Shown here piece after piece: positions 24,081 through 38,400 of a stretch of 64,000 nucleotides of DNA. Every line of letters starts with the position of its first letter. Position 1 is the stretch's first letter. Made by a program: the position numbers and the translations under genes. The DNA lies in assembly GCA_030324005.1 (NCBI GenBank), contig JARDVH010000121.1:46819140-46883139 (forward strand). The letters run 5' to 3'. The notes under the pieces are model-generated. The model saw only the letters and a program-made list of their open reading frames with translations, did no database searches and had not been told where the DNA came from. Source of the DNA: Negaprion brevirostris (lineage: Eukaryota).

Positions 24081-24179
24081 TGTACAGAAAATAAGGCATA
24101 AAAATAAACTGCTTCAGAGTGAAGTGAGAGTGGTGAGAAACACATCAGAAATAAAGAAGCAAGGTTCACCTATGGTTCA

Positions 24180-24283
24180 TGGGGTGGCACAATGGTTAGC
24201 ACTGCTGCCTCACAGTGTCAGGGATCCGAGTTTGATTCCCGGCTTGGGTCACTGTCCATGTGGAGTCTGCACATTCTCCTGGT
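24180..24283 (+). mobile_element. V-SINE head running into gap
   Basis: ggtggcacaatggttagcactgctgcctcacagtgtcagggatccgagtttgattcccggcttggg. Confidence 0.8.
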
Positions 24284-27200
24284 NNNNNNNNNNNNNNNNN
24301 NNNNNNNNNNNNNNNNNNNNNNNNNNNNNNNNNNNNNNNNNNNNNNNNNNNNNNNNNNNNNNNNNNNNNNNNNNNNNNNNNNNNNNNNNNNNNNNNNNNN
24401 NNNNNNNNNNNNNNNNNNNNNNNNNNNNNNNNNNNNNNNNNNNNNNNNNNNNNNNNNNNNNNNNNNNNNNNNNNNNNNNNNNNNNNNNNNNNNNNNNNNN
24501 NNNNNNNNNNNNNNNNNNNNNNNNNNNNNNNNNNNNNNNNNNNNNNNNNNNNNNNNNNNNNNNNNNNNNNNNNNNNNNNNNNNNNNNNNNNNNNNNNNNN
24601 NNNNNNNNNNNNNNNNNNNNNNNNNNNNNNNNNNNNNNNNNNNNNNNNNNNNNNNNNNNNNGTGGGGTGAACTCTTATATAAGCATCTGGATCTGCTTCT
24701 AAAATATTTCAAAATTATGTCTACTCGGGTGTTAGGGAGAGGACAAAATTCAAAACCATGTGTGGACTTGCATTGTTTGACGGCTGCTGTCCATATTTGT
24801 TGGGTCCAAGCAAATTTACATTCCAAGCAACATCACTGAGAGGGTGGTGTGAGAAGTTCTTTAAAAGTTTGGGCTCAAGTCAGACTGGGGTAACAGACAC
24901 AAAAAAGGCTTTGATGTTGGATATTAAGGTTGTACATAGGGCAAGATCAGTTAATAAGATCACAAAGTAACTTGCATGTATCAATCCGTACAGAAATTCT
25001 CAAGAACCCTCTGACTGTTGTAAACAGGGACATTGAACTTGGAGGAGAAGCACTCCCCTGGTCTCCATTCACTTATGGAGATAGTCATTTGGAAATTCTA
25101 TCTTTGTGCCTCATTTCCATTTCTCGTCATTGTTCACCGTGTTTGGGCACATGCTGAGAGAAACCATTTTGAATACAAGTGTTAATTAAAATTCACCCCC
25201 AGAACAAACCCATTTCCTTTTTTCTAAACAGGATACAATAACTCAGTTTGCTAATCTCCAGCAGTAAACTGGGGAACCCTCCTCAGAAGGGAGACACAAC
25301 GACAGATGTGCTCCAGCAGTGATTGTACGGCTTTAGGCACACTGCCAACAGGCACTCCTCCAAGAGAGTCAGCTCTGTATCAATAGCAGATAATGAAGCC
25401 TTCTTCAGGCAACAGCATAAGCTAGCAATAAAATGGCATAAAGCCACTCAAACTAGAAAATTGCTGTGTTACTGCGTGCCAGTAGCAGAGCTACGTAGAG
25501 ACAGCAAAATTAGGTTGACAAAACTGAAGCCGTTCTAACCACATGGGACCGCTAACTTGTATCACTGCCTAACAGCGTATTGGTGAGTTAAGGTCATCTG
25601 ACTGTCTGGCAGAGAGAAAATAATAGAAGTCTCTTGGAGAAGGGCAGCAACCATTGGACACAGACCAAGATGCCACTACCACACACAGGGTCAGTATTGT
25701 TCGCTATTATTCTTCATCTCTCTCAGTGCATTTATCATTCAATTAAGTCTGTGTTCACACCAAGCTCAGCAGAAAAGAGCCTTCAATCAGACAGCAAACC
25801 TTACCAACACCATACCTCAAAGTGGTTCATAGTTGTCACTTGAGCTTTGTCTTTCAGCAAAAGAGTACTGTTTGCAAATGTTTGGCAGCTGTTTTGCTCC
25901 TCAAGGGGGATATCGGAGTGTTTGTCTATTGCAGCAAAATCTCATTGCTTTTTAGTTGAGGAGTTTAATTCATTCAATTTGGTCACTGTAGCCTTTATGT
26001 GTTTTGTTTTTCAGATCATTTCCTGTTGATTATATACAGTACAAAGTTTCAAATGCACAGATACTGAAATGAAAGGGTCTGGAATATAACAGCCATACCA
26101 AGATCTTTTGGAATGAAGAGGTGCATTTTCAAAAAAAATGCATAGATATTATTGCCTGATAAACTTCAATGAAGTTCCAAACAAATCTTTGAAACTCAAA
26201 GAATGCTTTAACTACAATGCAGATCTACAATCAGGTCATGTTGGACTCCAGGCACGTGCAGTTGAGGACAAAGCTACATAAACAGCCCGAGTACTTGGCA
26301 GAGAAGTTAGACAGTGTTAACAATCTAGAAGTGAAATGTGAAAATCTTCCAACGTTAACTAGTGTGTAGTCTTTTGTCAAACTAGCAATATATTGGATTT
26401 GGATTCAACATTCAGTCTTGTCTTTCACCAATTTAGCCTAACCTAGTATAATCTTCATTTTCAGCATTACGCTTCAGGGTGCATCAATTCAGTCTTTGCT
26501 TCGATATCACACGATATTAGAACATTGAAATTACATCATGAAAGATTAAATTTGACATGATTATCCCCTGCTATTTTGGTGTAGATGTATTTGAAATAAT
26601 TGAGTTTCATGCCTCTACTGAAGTGAGAGTGTGTGGAATTTCGAATGACATGTGTGAACCTTTCGGTTCTCATGAAAACATTTCGATTTCAGGAAACCCA
26701 ATTCTGGTATTACCAGATTTCCCTGCAGTTGCAGCGAGCTGAAAGCCAAATGCAAAAGCACCAGGTCTTGCTAAGATTGAGTACCACGAGGACCAGATGC
26801 TGAGCTGAGCAAACCCTGNNNNNNNNNNNNNNNNNNNNNNNNCTGCAGTTGGGTAGCCTGCACCAATAACGCAACTTTCCAGACAAGTGCAATCGGTACA
26901 GTTACTGAGCCTGACCGTGTGAAGGAGTTGAATGACAAGATTACTGAATAACTAGCAAGAAGCAGTTTTTCTAAAAAAAACTTTGTGTGTCCTTTTATGG
27001 CAAGTTAGTGTTCCTGGTTGAAGACATCTTTTGATGAAATACTTGCTGAGTTGATGATTACAGCATTGCAATTAGTGCCTAATATTATTACTGAACACAC
27101 ATGGATCAGATTCCTCTGTCCACTATTTTCAGAGATGTAAAGCTACTTAGTATAAATAGATGATCGCCTCTTAAAGGATAGACAAAGAAAACACTGTAGG

Positions 27201-27871
27201 AACACAGTTGCCTTCTAATATCAGCGACAAAAATTTCTAACTTTTGATTCACTGTTCGTTCAGGTTCTTCCATCCTCAATCAGTTCCATCAAATTATTCG
27301 GGTCAGTAGCTCGCTCCTTTCTCCCCTGGTCCCCCAGCAGTCACTGCTGTCATGAAATGTTCGTCATTGAGACAAAAATAACAGATGGCATCTGTATTAT
27401 GATTAACTCTTGACGGTACTTGAAGTATTGCTGGTGAAAAGACTCCCTCTACGTCACCTTATATTTGTAGAAACATCCGACTGGAGCAACTCAGACAATT
27501 GCCTTGATTTTCTTTGCTGCCTACTTATCAAATCATTACCCCATCATGGCAAGAGTCGATATCAAATACGATCAAGCAGTCTGTTTGATCAGTTAAAAAA
27601 AGACTGTTTATTTTGCACTCCTTGAACTGTCAAATTGCCTCCACCTTGCCTAAGAGTCTGTAAAATTTCCAATTCATTTACCAAATCTGATCACGTTTCT
27701 GGGTTGTAGCATTCTGGTAGCACACGTGCTAGTGTTTTTTCTGCCCACTTTCATTGTCGTCTTCTTTCGAACAGCCATCTCATGCCCTTGCAAAGGAATT
27801 GATGGATTTTGCCTCAATGACATAACGACCTTCAGTAAATCAAATCTGATCTCGCCATAATTCTTTTCATT

Positions 27872-28172
27872 TAAACTTTGCAAGTTTATTGATTAGTGTC
27901 ACAAGTAGACTCACGTTAACACCGCAATGCAGTTACTGTTGGAATCCAATAGTTGCCACACTACACCGCTTGTTCAGGTACACCAAGGGAGAATTTAGCA
28001 TGGTCGACGCACCAAACCGGCACAACTTTGGACTGTGGTAGGAAACTGGAGTACCCGGAGGAAACACATGCAGACATGGGGAGAATGTTCCAACTCCGCA
28101 CAGTGTCCCAAGCCCAGGAACTGAACCCAGGTTTCTGGCGCTGTGAGGCAACAGTACTAACCACTGTGCCAT
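27872..28172 (-). mobile_element. V-SINE, tail B
   Basis: tttattgattagtgtcacaagtagactcacgttaacaccgcaatgcagttactg ... gctgtgaggcaacagtactaaccactgtgcc. Confidence 0.85.
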
Positions 28173-29334
28173 CCCAAAATGTGTCTCATCACAATCTCAC
28201 TGCCCTGTAGAAACATTGCATCACTAGTCACTACTTCCATTTCAACTCTGGATAGTTGCCACTTCTCTTTGGTCAGCGTGAAGCTGAAACCGTGCATTCT
28301 CTGTTGCTACTGTAGAATTGCTCAAAACACTAAAATCAATCACACAGCTCTAATTATTTCTTCTAACAAAGAGAATGGCATCAAAAAATACAACACAACC
28401 ACAAGTATTATCGAGATAAATAAGCTTTTCAAACAGCAGCTTTCCTCGGATCCGGGTCACTTGTTTCCAAACAAGAGGGAATGGTAATTGTATTTATTAT
28501 TTGCAGGGGGGCAGGGAAAGGGTTGAAACACTAAAAGTGAAATCACCAAAAGTATCCCAGCTAAAAGTTTTAAGCAGCCATTCAGAAGCGAGACTAATCT
28601 CAGAATGACCGAGGCTGACTTCTTCAAAAGCAGGCTTAAAACCACATCCTTACAAATGTTGGAGGGAATTGTCATTGTAGAGGGGATTTTTTGAAGGGAG
28701 GGGTAAGTGGTTTAAGTTTCTGGTAGCAACAACACACACCAACTCAACAGTTGAAAGAAGAGTGCTTGGCGACCAGATTATGCTTGCGCTGCAGCCTCAT
28801 GTCGTATCTACTGTATCATGACTCTCTTTTTAAATTCTAGAAATTGGCTTATACCATTACAAAACTGCACACCCCTTTGCCTTCATATCCTGTCCAAGTG
28901 CTTTACCAGATAACAGCATGCTCTCAGCATTGCTACCTCCCCCACTTTGGATTAACAAGAGTCCACTCATTCACAGTTCAATAGGTGGAAAATTTAGCCT
29001 GTAATTCCCATATCCTAATTTCTCTGTAAGCTTCAAGCAAGACTATTTAGGTCAGCTTGTGCAAACAGTTTGCTCCAACTATCTCCTCTGCTCCTGCTCA
29101 AGGACAAGAATTGTATTTTTTACTTTACTTAGTCCAATTCCTACAGAGGCAACCAGAACTGTATTATAACATGGGAAAAGCAAATCAATCTGGATCAGCA
29201 CAATTTAAATTGGAGTCTAATTTGGTTAGCTTATGGCAAGAGTGCGATGCAGAATAACAATTCAATCCCCACACTGGCTGTGGAAGTTCGTGGAGGCCTG
29301 TCTTCTTAGTTCGCCCCATTCTTGATTCTCAAGT

Positions 29335-29627
29335 CATATCGTAAAATCATAGAAACCCTATGGTGCAGGAAGAGGCCATTGGGCCCATCGAGTCTGCACT
29401 GACCACAATCCTACCCAGCCTCTACCCCTATACCTCTACATATTTACCTGTTAATCCCTCTAACCTACGCATCTCAAGACACTGAAGGACAACTTTAGCA
29501 TGGCCAATCGACCTAACCCGCACATTTTTGGACTGTGGGAGGAAACTAGAGGAAAGTCACACAGACACGAGGAGAATGTGCAAACTCCACACAGACAGTG
29601 AACCAAGGCAGGAATTGAACCCAGGTC
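29335..29627 (-). mobile_element. HE1-type V-SINE, 5'-truncated
   Basis: catagaaaccctatggtgcaggaagaggccattgggcccatcgagtctgcac...gcaaactccacacagacagtg. Confidence 0.8.
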
Positions 29628-30369
29628 AACCAGTTGTCTCTCTTGCTCGATGGGCCAAAGGGCCTTTCCTGCACTCCGACTCTCTCCCTCCATGCAATGA
29701 AAGGGAGATTCCTGTGATCCTTAGTGGACTATGGCTAATTCCTGTGGAGGTACAACAGATTCTCAGTGTCAATGAAGCAAAGGAACAGCAGACATCAACT
29801 TCCTCTCCAATAATCTTTCAAGGCTCTGCTTACTTTTTAAAAAACCACATTAGTCTGCGACTACTTGTTACCAAAGTTTGGCAGAGGAAGCCAAGATTCC
29901 TGACACTTCAGCTGCTGAAGGAAGATGCATACTACAGAAAGTGGGATCACAGAATTAGTACAACATGAGGGCTGCCATTCAGCCCATCACATCTGTACAA
30001 GCTCCCCAAGTGGAGTAATTCACCAGGGTGCCAGTCGCCTGACTTTTCCGATTATGCCTTCAACCTAGAAAAACATCCCCAGGCACTAAAAATGCTCCGA
30101 GTATTCTAACTGTATCACATCATGAGCTAATGTTTCCAAGTTGCCACTCACATTCAGAACTTCTCACAATACAATGTGCGTTGAGGCACACACATTTTCC
30201 CTCCATCAAAACTAAATTCCCAGTATACAGCCCCGTTGCACAAAGCAAAGTGCAAAATTTACTTGACAGGAATATCAATAAATGATATAAAGATTCAACT
30301 GGACTGTTGCCACCAAAATGATAGAAAAAGAACCTATCAGAAGGTATCAGTTGATTCCCAGTCTCAAAT

Positions 30370-30635
30370 TCATAGAATCACTACAGTACAGAAGCAGACC
30401 AAACAGCCCATCAAGTCTGTACTGATAACAGGCCCCGTTCCCCACGCATTTATCCTCTGATCCCCCTGACACTATGGTCAATTTAGCATGGCCATTCAAC
30501 CTAACATCTTTGGACCACGAGAGGAAACCCATGCAGACATGGGGAGAAAGTGCAAACTCCACACAGACAGTGACCTGAGGCCGGAATTGAACCTGGGACC
30601 CTGATGCTGTGAGGCAATAGTGCCGCCCTGCGCCG
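30370..30635 (-). mobile_element. HE1-type V-SINE
   Basis: catagaatcactacagtacagaag...ggaattgaacctgggaccctgatgctgtgaggca. Confidence 0.8.
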
Positions 30636-31286
30636 ACTCTGCTGATCTCAGTCAGGTTAACTGCTGGCCTCTCTGTACCCGGACTCTGAAGGCGAGGGGG
30701 TGGTCACTGGAAGCAATCTGATTACCCAAGTGGAAAATGCTCATTGTATGAAGGCCTGATCAAATCAAAATTGGTGCTGGTCAGCTAATCCTTACAGTCA
30801 AACGATCTGTTGATGCTCCATTGTCTAGCTTCACTCAGAAAGGATGGCCACCAGGTACAGGAGAGTTGCTATTATCTGTGACACAGGGCTCCAGCTGAGT
30901 CAACACCTTCAACAGAAAAGAGAATGGAAAATTTCATGGAGCAAGATGAATCTCCAGCTGCCTGGTGTACAAAGATGTTTTACAAACAGTTGCTCCTCAC
31001 TCCCAGATTTATTATGCATGGATTTGCCAAGTCCATACTATATCCAGGTTCTAGTACAGATATTATAGAAGATGTCTAATTTTCAGTCGTTTTAAACAAT
31101 TCATGTTTCTCTCAGAACAGTGAACAAGTGTAGATTGAATTGTGGACAGAAAAACTATCAATACAAAACACTGTTACTACCTGAACTAAAACTTAACAGG
31201 AAGGAATGGAGGTGGAATTCTGAACTCCAAAAGTTACGCCAGTCTTTAAAAGGTTTCTGTACTGCCCGAAAGTCCATTTTCATCTC

Positions 31287-32103
31287 TAATTTGATTTGTC
31301 ATATTAGTACACAGCACAAAATACTGGTTCCTGCACACTGTACATACAAAACGTACCACAGGAAGGAAAGGAAAGGGTGTAGCATGTAGTACTACAGTCA
31401 GAGTCAGGGTGTGAAGATCAACTTAATGTCAAGTTGGTCCATTCAAAAGTTTGGTGGCAGCAAGGAAGATGATGTTCTTGAGTCAAATGGTACATGACCT
31501 CATACTTATATACCTATTTTCCAGGCCCAAGAAAGTGAAGAAAGTATGTGCGGACATGTGGGGTCTTCGATGATGCTGGCTGCTTTTATAAGGCAGCAGG
31601 ACGTGTAGACAGAGTCAATGGATTGGAGGCTGGTTTGCATGATGTACTGGGCTTCATTCAAGACCTTTGTAGTTTCTTGCATGCCTGGACAGAGCAGGAG
31701 CCATACCAAGCCGTGATACAACCAGAAAGAATGCTTTCTACAGTGCATCTGTAAAACTTGGAGAGAGTTGCAGCAGACATGCCAAATTTCCTTTGCTTCC
31801 CGAAAAAGTAGAGGCTTTGGTGGGCTTTCTTAACTATAGTGATGGTGTGCAGGGACCAGGACAGGTCACTGTGATCTGAACGCCTAGAAACTTGAAGCTC
31901 TCGATCATTCCTACTTCATTCCCTTTGATGTAGACATGGGTATGTCCTCCACTTTGCTTCCTGAAGTCAATGACTATCTCGTTTGTTTTGCTGACATTGA
32001 GGGAGAGATTGTCATTGCACCAGTTCACCAAATTCTCTCTCTCTTTCCTGTACTATGTCTCGTAATAGTTTGAGATCCAACCCACTACAGAGGTGTCATC
32101 AGT
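31287..32103 (-). mobile_element. Rex1/Babar LINE 3' ~800 bp
   Basis: Minus translation WCNDNLSLNVSKTNEIVIDFRK...ESFKFLGVQI, then the FYRCT-ESILSGC region and the 3' tail. Confidence 0.85.
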
Positions 32104-32449
32104 TCTAGGCACTGCCCATCTACTCGAGTTCCTTCCCTGTTCTTGCTTGCCCTTTTTCTAGATTTATATCCTCCTATAGTTATATCCATTTACCTCCCAA
32201 CATTGCCATCCCCCATTGTTGGACGCATCTTTCTGAACTGTACAAATCAGATCCAAGGGTTTCTCTTGCATGACTTGTTTCCCTGCATTCAGTCAACATC
32301 AAACTTGAATAGCCTCTCATCACCTTTGTCAAGATTTTCAAAGCACTTCCTTTCTCAGCATCAACGATCTTCTGCGAATAATGTAAATTTGCATTGTGTT
32401 GACCGTTACTAACTTGCATTTAAGCTTTCTGTTGCAATATTACAATTCA

Positions 32450-33060
32450 CTGCAATAAAAGAGGGCTTATTGGATGAACAAATGGTAGAACAAGCTGGAA
32501 TAATCACTTCTTTGAGGATAAGTGAAGGAAACTCAATAAATTTAACATGTTTGACTTCAGTTAAGGTTTTGACACAATGGGCAGAGAAAATTACTTCACA
32601 AAATTGAAATTCAAACAAAGACTGAGGGTGTGAAGTAGATAACTCATCAGGTTAGGACCATGACAGGAACAGAAAACCAAAATAGAGGGAGCAAAACATG
32701 AAGTTCTTGGAAAGATGGGCACAGATTTGAGAAGCCGCACATTCATGGAATGAAGAGAGGAATGGGAGGTTGCAAATAGGCTGGTAGTTTGCAAGGATGG
32801 TGGGGGGATCAAAGTCTGTTTCTTAGAGGCGAGATCTGCTGATGGCAGATTTAAAAGGCAAGGGGGACAACACATGCACAGAGAAAACTGTTAATAATAT
32901 TCACTCATGAAGAGGGTGTCCACCAGATTAGTAAGAGTAAAGTGAAGGGAACCAGAGGTGGGTCTCATGAACAAGGTCATCCTGGAGAGGGCCTAAAGAG
33001 AAATGGGGGAGAAAAGCAAGGTGACGAGCAGGAAAACATGGAGGAAAGGTATCCAACCTG
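32450..33060 (-). mobile_element. Old L2-like LINE fragment
   Basis: Purine-rich degraded sequence (gaggttgcaaataggctggtagtttgcaaggatggtgggg) resembling the reverse complement of L2 RT. Confidence 0.4.
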
Positions 33061-34869
33061 GTTTTCAACTGAAGTTCCAATTTTTAAAAAAATATGGAAA
33101 ATAGTTCAAAGACAAATAAATGTGCCTCGAGTGAAATGAAGCCTTCTCTCTGCAATCACCTTTGGAAGCCTGGAGAAGAGTATATGATTTCTCCTTTAAT
33201 TATGGAGCTACCAATAATGGACTAGAAGTTGCGGTCAGCAGCCAAACAATACTGACCACAAAAAAAGCTGCTCACTAAGATTTAGCGATCTTTAAATCTA
33301 ACACCAGGCCAAGTGAATCCAAAGGCGTCCAGCCACAATGCTGTTATTGAGCAGGGTGGTCAAACATGTTCTAATAAGACAGCCAACTTGAGAGTAAAAA
33401 CTATTACGTTTTTTCACTTTTAATTTTTTAAAATTATATATAGCACATTAAATGTAGGGACATACATATGGGATTAAGATAGTGGCTAAAGTGTCAAACA
33501 AACGTCAACTTTTTAAAAGATTTAGAATTGTTCATGAAGGAAAATGTTAATGATAATAAACAAATGTAAAATTGCTCTCAGGTCTAGTGAAGCCATTTGG
33601 CAATAAATATAAACTTAGGACATCATGAAAATCTGAGTTACAAATCATTCAACAAGATGTAACTTTTCCAATGACTTTTACAACATGACTAACAGCACAA
33701 GAGAGTGAATGTTCCTGTCAGTTTGCTGATCTCTAATTGGTGACAGATCGGGCATGAGGGGGATGCCTTCCTCAGTGCTCCCTGTAGGATGCGCAGAATC
33801 AGTGATAACAGTTCAGGATGTCCACATTTAAACAGCACATGTGCCAACTTTTGAAGTTTCTCTTGTTTTCAGTGGAGTCAGGATGGCAAACACCCAACAG
33901 TTTTACAATCACCACAGAATGTTTTATTGTGGATGAGACTCTGGTATATCAGGCAATGTTATAGTGAGAGGTATGGAATTAAAAGCAGGCACATGTGTCC
34001 ATGAATAAATCCATGTGTCCCCACAGTTTTGTTAATCATAAACCTTTTCTGTTAACGAGCTCTTTCTGGTTAGATTAAGTTTCTTTTATCCAGAGTATGT
34101 TTTTAATAATGATAACCTAAACAACAGGAAGATATCTTAAAGCAATCTGCATTAATGAGAGACTCCATGGGCTCCCAACAGAAAAGGCAAAGAGAAAAAA
34201 ATGGAGGTGGTTCGGACAAGGGACAAAAAGGGGAAGCAAAACGTTTTAATTTTGTTACCAAGAAGGGAATTGGTACAGCAAAAGGAAGTGGGCAAGCAAT
34301 TCCAGAAAGCAGGAGTACAGTGATTGAGAATCAACCATCAAAACAGTGGAGGGAGTGCTGAAATATGGAGCATCCCTTCCCTCAGCCAAAACCCCAACCC
34401 CCGAGATTATTCTCTCTCTAGCATCCGGTGAATGAGACATTTGATGTTCAAGTCCATCTTTAATACAAATGCAATCAGAAATTGTAACTATGGTTTTCAA
34501 CTTTCACTGTTCATAATTTAGCTAATTACAGCACATTGATGAACTTGCGTTTGATATTCGCTTTCTGCATTTTAATCCTTCACGTCTGACATACACTCAA
34601 GAGAGCAGGCTGTGCACAAAATTCTTTTAAAGCTTTCAACACTTAAAATTAGACGTATTAAATACATACACAAACCAACTGATTAAATTGGAAAAACGAT
34701 TGAAGGACTGAATGCAGCAGTGGATTCAGCATTGCCTGTCCTTTTACTTTTGGGATCCAAGTTTAATTTCACTGGAAAGGAGTGCTGAATCTGAAATTAA
34801 TTTAGTCAGTATCTCAACACTGATTTTTAAAATGATGTAATGAGGTGAACACACTGTACTCATAATTCA

Positions 34870-35430
34870 ACATCCAGCAGGTACCACTGACCAGAAACTG
34901 AACTGGGCTGGCCATGTAAATATTGTGGTTACAACAGCAGCTCAGAGGCTGGGAGTTCTGTGGCTTGTAACTCACTTCCTGACTCCAAAAAGCTTGTCCA
35001 CCACCTACAAGGCACAAATCAGGAGTGTGATGGAATACTCCCCACTTGCCTGGACGGGTGCAGGTACAACAACACTCGAGAAGCTCGGCACAAGCCAGGA
35101 CATAACCGCCCACTTGATTGCTACCCCTTCCACAACCGACAAACAGTGGCAGCAGTGCACACCATCTATAAGATGCTCTCCAAGAAGGACAAGTGCTGCA
35201 GATACCTGGGAACACCAACACCTGGAGGTTCCCCTCCCAAGTCACACAGCATCCTGACTGGTGGAAATAGATCACCATTGCTTCACAGTCATTGGGTCCA
35301 AATTCTGGAAATCCTTTCCTAACAGGACTGTAGGTGTAACTGCACCTCAGGGACTGCAGTGGTTCAAGTAGGGCAACTAGGGATGGGCAATAATTGTTAG
35401 CCTAACCAGCAATGCCCACATCCTGTAAGT
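34870..35430 (+). mobile_element. L2/CR1-clade LINE 3' end
   Basis: ORF LSTTYKAQIRSVMEYSPLAWTGA; tail gggcaactagggatgggcaataa. Confidence 0.8.
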
Positions 35431-38400
35431 TAACTTTTAAAGAATCGACTCAAGGACAATCTCATTTCAAGTTTCACTCTCCTAACTACAGTTATATTTG
35501 ATTCAATGTTAATGTTGCATACCTCATTTTAATGACCAGAAATAAAAGTACCTAATTATACAATCGTACAACTTAACAGCAAAGGAACAAGGTATTTCTC
35601 CCTACCATGTCTATGCTGGTATTTTTCCACCGTATAACCCACAGGCTTCGATTTACTTGCCATATCTATAATATTCCAAGTAATTATTTCATCCCCTTGT
35701 AGAACTAATGGATTTTAACAATCTATGTCAGAGAATTTCACCTGCTAGCCACACTGAGTGAGGGTATCATTATTAACCTTTTCTAGTGTCCATGTACCAG
35801 GTTCAAAGATTAGAAATCTTGAGATGTACAAGATCTCCTTAGATGAACTCTAAAGCTGTTATTGACTTGCGAGAATGCAACGTTAAAAATTGGACAGTCT
35901 CCAGTAGGCAAACGTAATGAAACTTCCACCCTGCTTCATTCCAGTTGCAGACTGAACTCTCCAGATTTGGGCTGCATTCAAACTACAACGACATATGGTG
36001 CAAAACCGCCCAGATTGAAGCCACATTGTAAATACGGCTTTTAATGATTATTGGACCTACTTTTATTTCCAATGTCCTTCCCAATAAATTACGAGGTTCA
36101 CATTGGAGGATTTTCCGAACCAATGTGTGTCAGTTTTTCAGCAGTGAAGTCACAAGCTTGCCTGGTAGCTGTGCATCAGTAAGTGCCACACAGCAGCTCG
36201 CATTCAGCACTGCAAGCAGGTGAGTGTGGGCATGTCAAACACACTATGGCTGTGCCACATCTAAGATTCAAAGCTCTATTTGTGAGCAAAATCCCATTAC
36301 AAATTTCTAATCAGGGTGCTGTCTAAATATTTTCACATACTCTCCTCACAAAAATGTGAAGGAACTGAGAAGTGAGACAAGTGCACGGGAATCACAAAGG
36401 CACATGTGGCGGGTATGTGTCTTACGATGTTAATCTATCAGCTGACCCTTGCTTATTCTGGCAAACAAAATACAAGTAGTATTTAAACCACAAGGACAAC
36501 AACAAGAAGTTGCTACTTCAAGATGTCAAAAACCAGATCCTACCTCAAGAATGTTTCTTAACAAACTTCATGCATTTTAAAAATATACTCTTCAAATAAC
36601 CTCTGAATATAATGAAAGATGCACAATACAGAAATGCTTATAACTCAATTATCTTTTCAAAACTGAAGGCAAATTTAACTGGGTCTATTGCTTACAATGA
36701 TGCACTTTGCTTGATAATTATGTATATTCTATTCAGTGAACAAAATAAATCTACTGGGAAAAGAATCGACACTGAAGATGCTTGATGACTTGTGACAATA
36801 TTTATGAACACATTTTAATTAGTTCTGTAAGAATATTGAACATATTATGCATTTGTCTATTAGTATTACCAATAATTATTTCCGGGCTATTTTGTACGGT
36901 TAAATATTTGTGTAACACATGAGTGAGATCTGTTGAAGTATCAGCTCCTCCAGGTACTCATCTTCCCAGAGTGCACTGATAACTGGTCAACAGGTTGCCA
37001 CTAACAATCACTCATTTCGATAATCTTTGGGGAGTTGACATCAATGGTTTTGGTGATAACTGTTGGACTTCATACTAGCATAACCACTTTTCACATAGCT
37101 ACTTTTATTCTTAGAAATTTAGTAAACATAATTCCTGCTCCTGTGTATCTGGTGATATTCACTGATTGAACACACCACTTCTACAAATTACTCCTGAAAC
37201 TCAATTGACAATTAATTCCTTTAACTAGTCTCCCTGCTCCTCCCCTCCACCAAATAAAGTCTTCACCACTCTGTTTAATATCACTTGCATGTTCTTGGTG
37301 AACTTGTTCACAGTTTTGTGAGAAGAAATACCCTGGAACCATAAAAAAGTGCAGGAAAATTCAATTGCACATACACACATGTCTACGTGCAACAGATATA
37401 CCCTGCATCAATCTCCTTAGAATCAGAAATGGAAATATAATGATACATCAAGAAATATTCTTCCCAGAAGCACAACAGGTTCAAGTAGAAACCCTTTGAT
37501 GCAAGGAATGTCAGTGTGTTTTAATCTTCAGTTAAAATATAAAACAATAAATACATGTAATGAACTTTTTACACATAGCATGGAAATTTGAGACAAGATG
37601 TCCATAAATCCATATCTAATGTTCAATCCATTAACTACAGCAAAACAAAACTAAATCTGTAATCAGAGTTGAATATAATTGGTTATCTGAATGATATTCA
37701 AGAATTATGATTCATTTAATGCGAAGTTATAGTTTTGATCAAAGTGGCAAAATGTAGCACTTGATTTCAGTGTAGCATAGATTAAATGGGAAATCTAAAA
37801 AGGGCACTCAAAGAAATGAAAAGCATTATCAGAAAGATTATTTTCGCATGCTAGCAAATTTGTAGCATATGGACAGTGACTTGGGATTATAAAAAGTACT
37901 TAGAAGTATTTTTCCACAAAAAGAGAGCAATTAAAACATGGAGTGCTTTATAACAAGTGGCTTTTAAGGATGAGACCATAACTTCACTTATAAACAAAAA
38001 CAATGTGGTCAAGCAGCATCTGTACAGGAGAAATGTAGACAAAAATTTCAAGGCAAGGATTTCCCCAAAATATTCTTCTTTCTTTTCTCTTTACTGATAT
38101 GGATAAATCAGTTATGGAACTTCAACTTTTTTTTTCCATTTTGAGAGAGTTTGGCTAATTAAATCAAATATTAAAGGAAACAAAAGTCTGAGCAAATGGG
38201 ATTGCAGTAGATGACATCTATTAAAGAGCTAAATGTCAGCACAGATACGTTGGGCTAAATTACTATAAAGTGTACTACAATTTCTATGGATCCTATAAAA
38301 GTAACAACATTACTCCAACCACTTTCACATGCATTTCAGAATTAAATATTAAATATTTGTGGATAACTTATCTATTGTCATTGTGACAATAGCCGACAAA

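Noticed and set aside
33352-33365. hAT-like terminus CAGGGTGGTCAAAC (also CAGGGGTGGCAAA at ~61506)
   Set aside because: No matching second TIR or TSD identified
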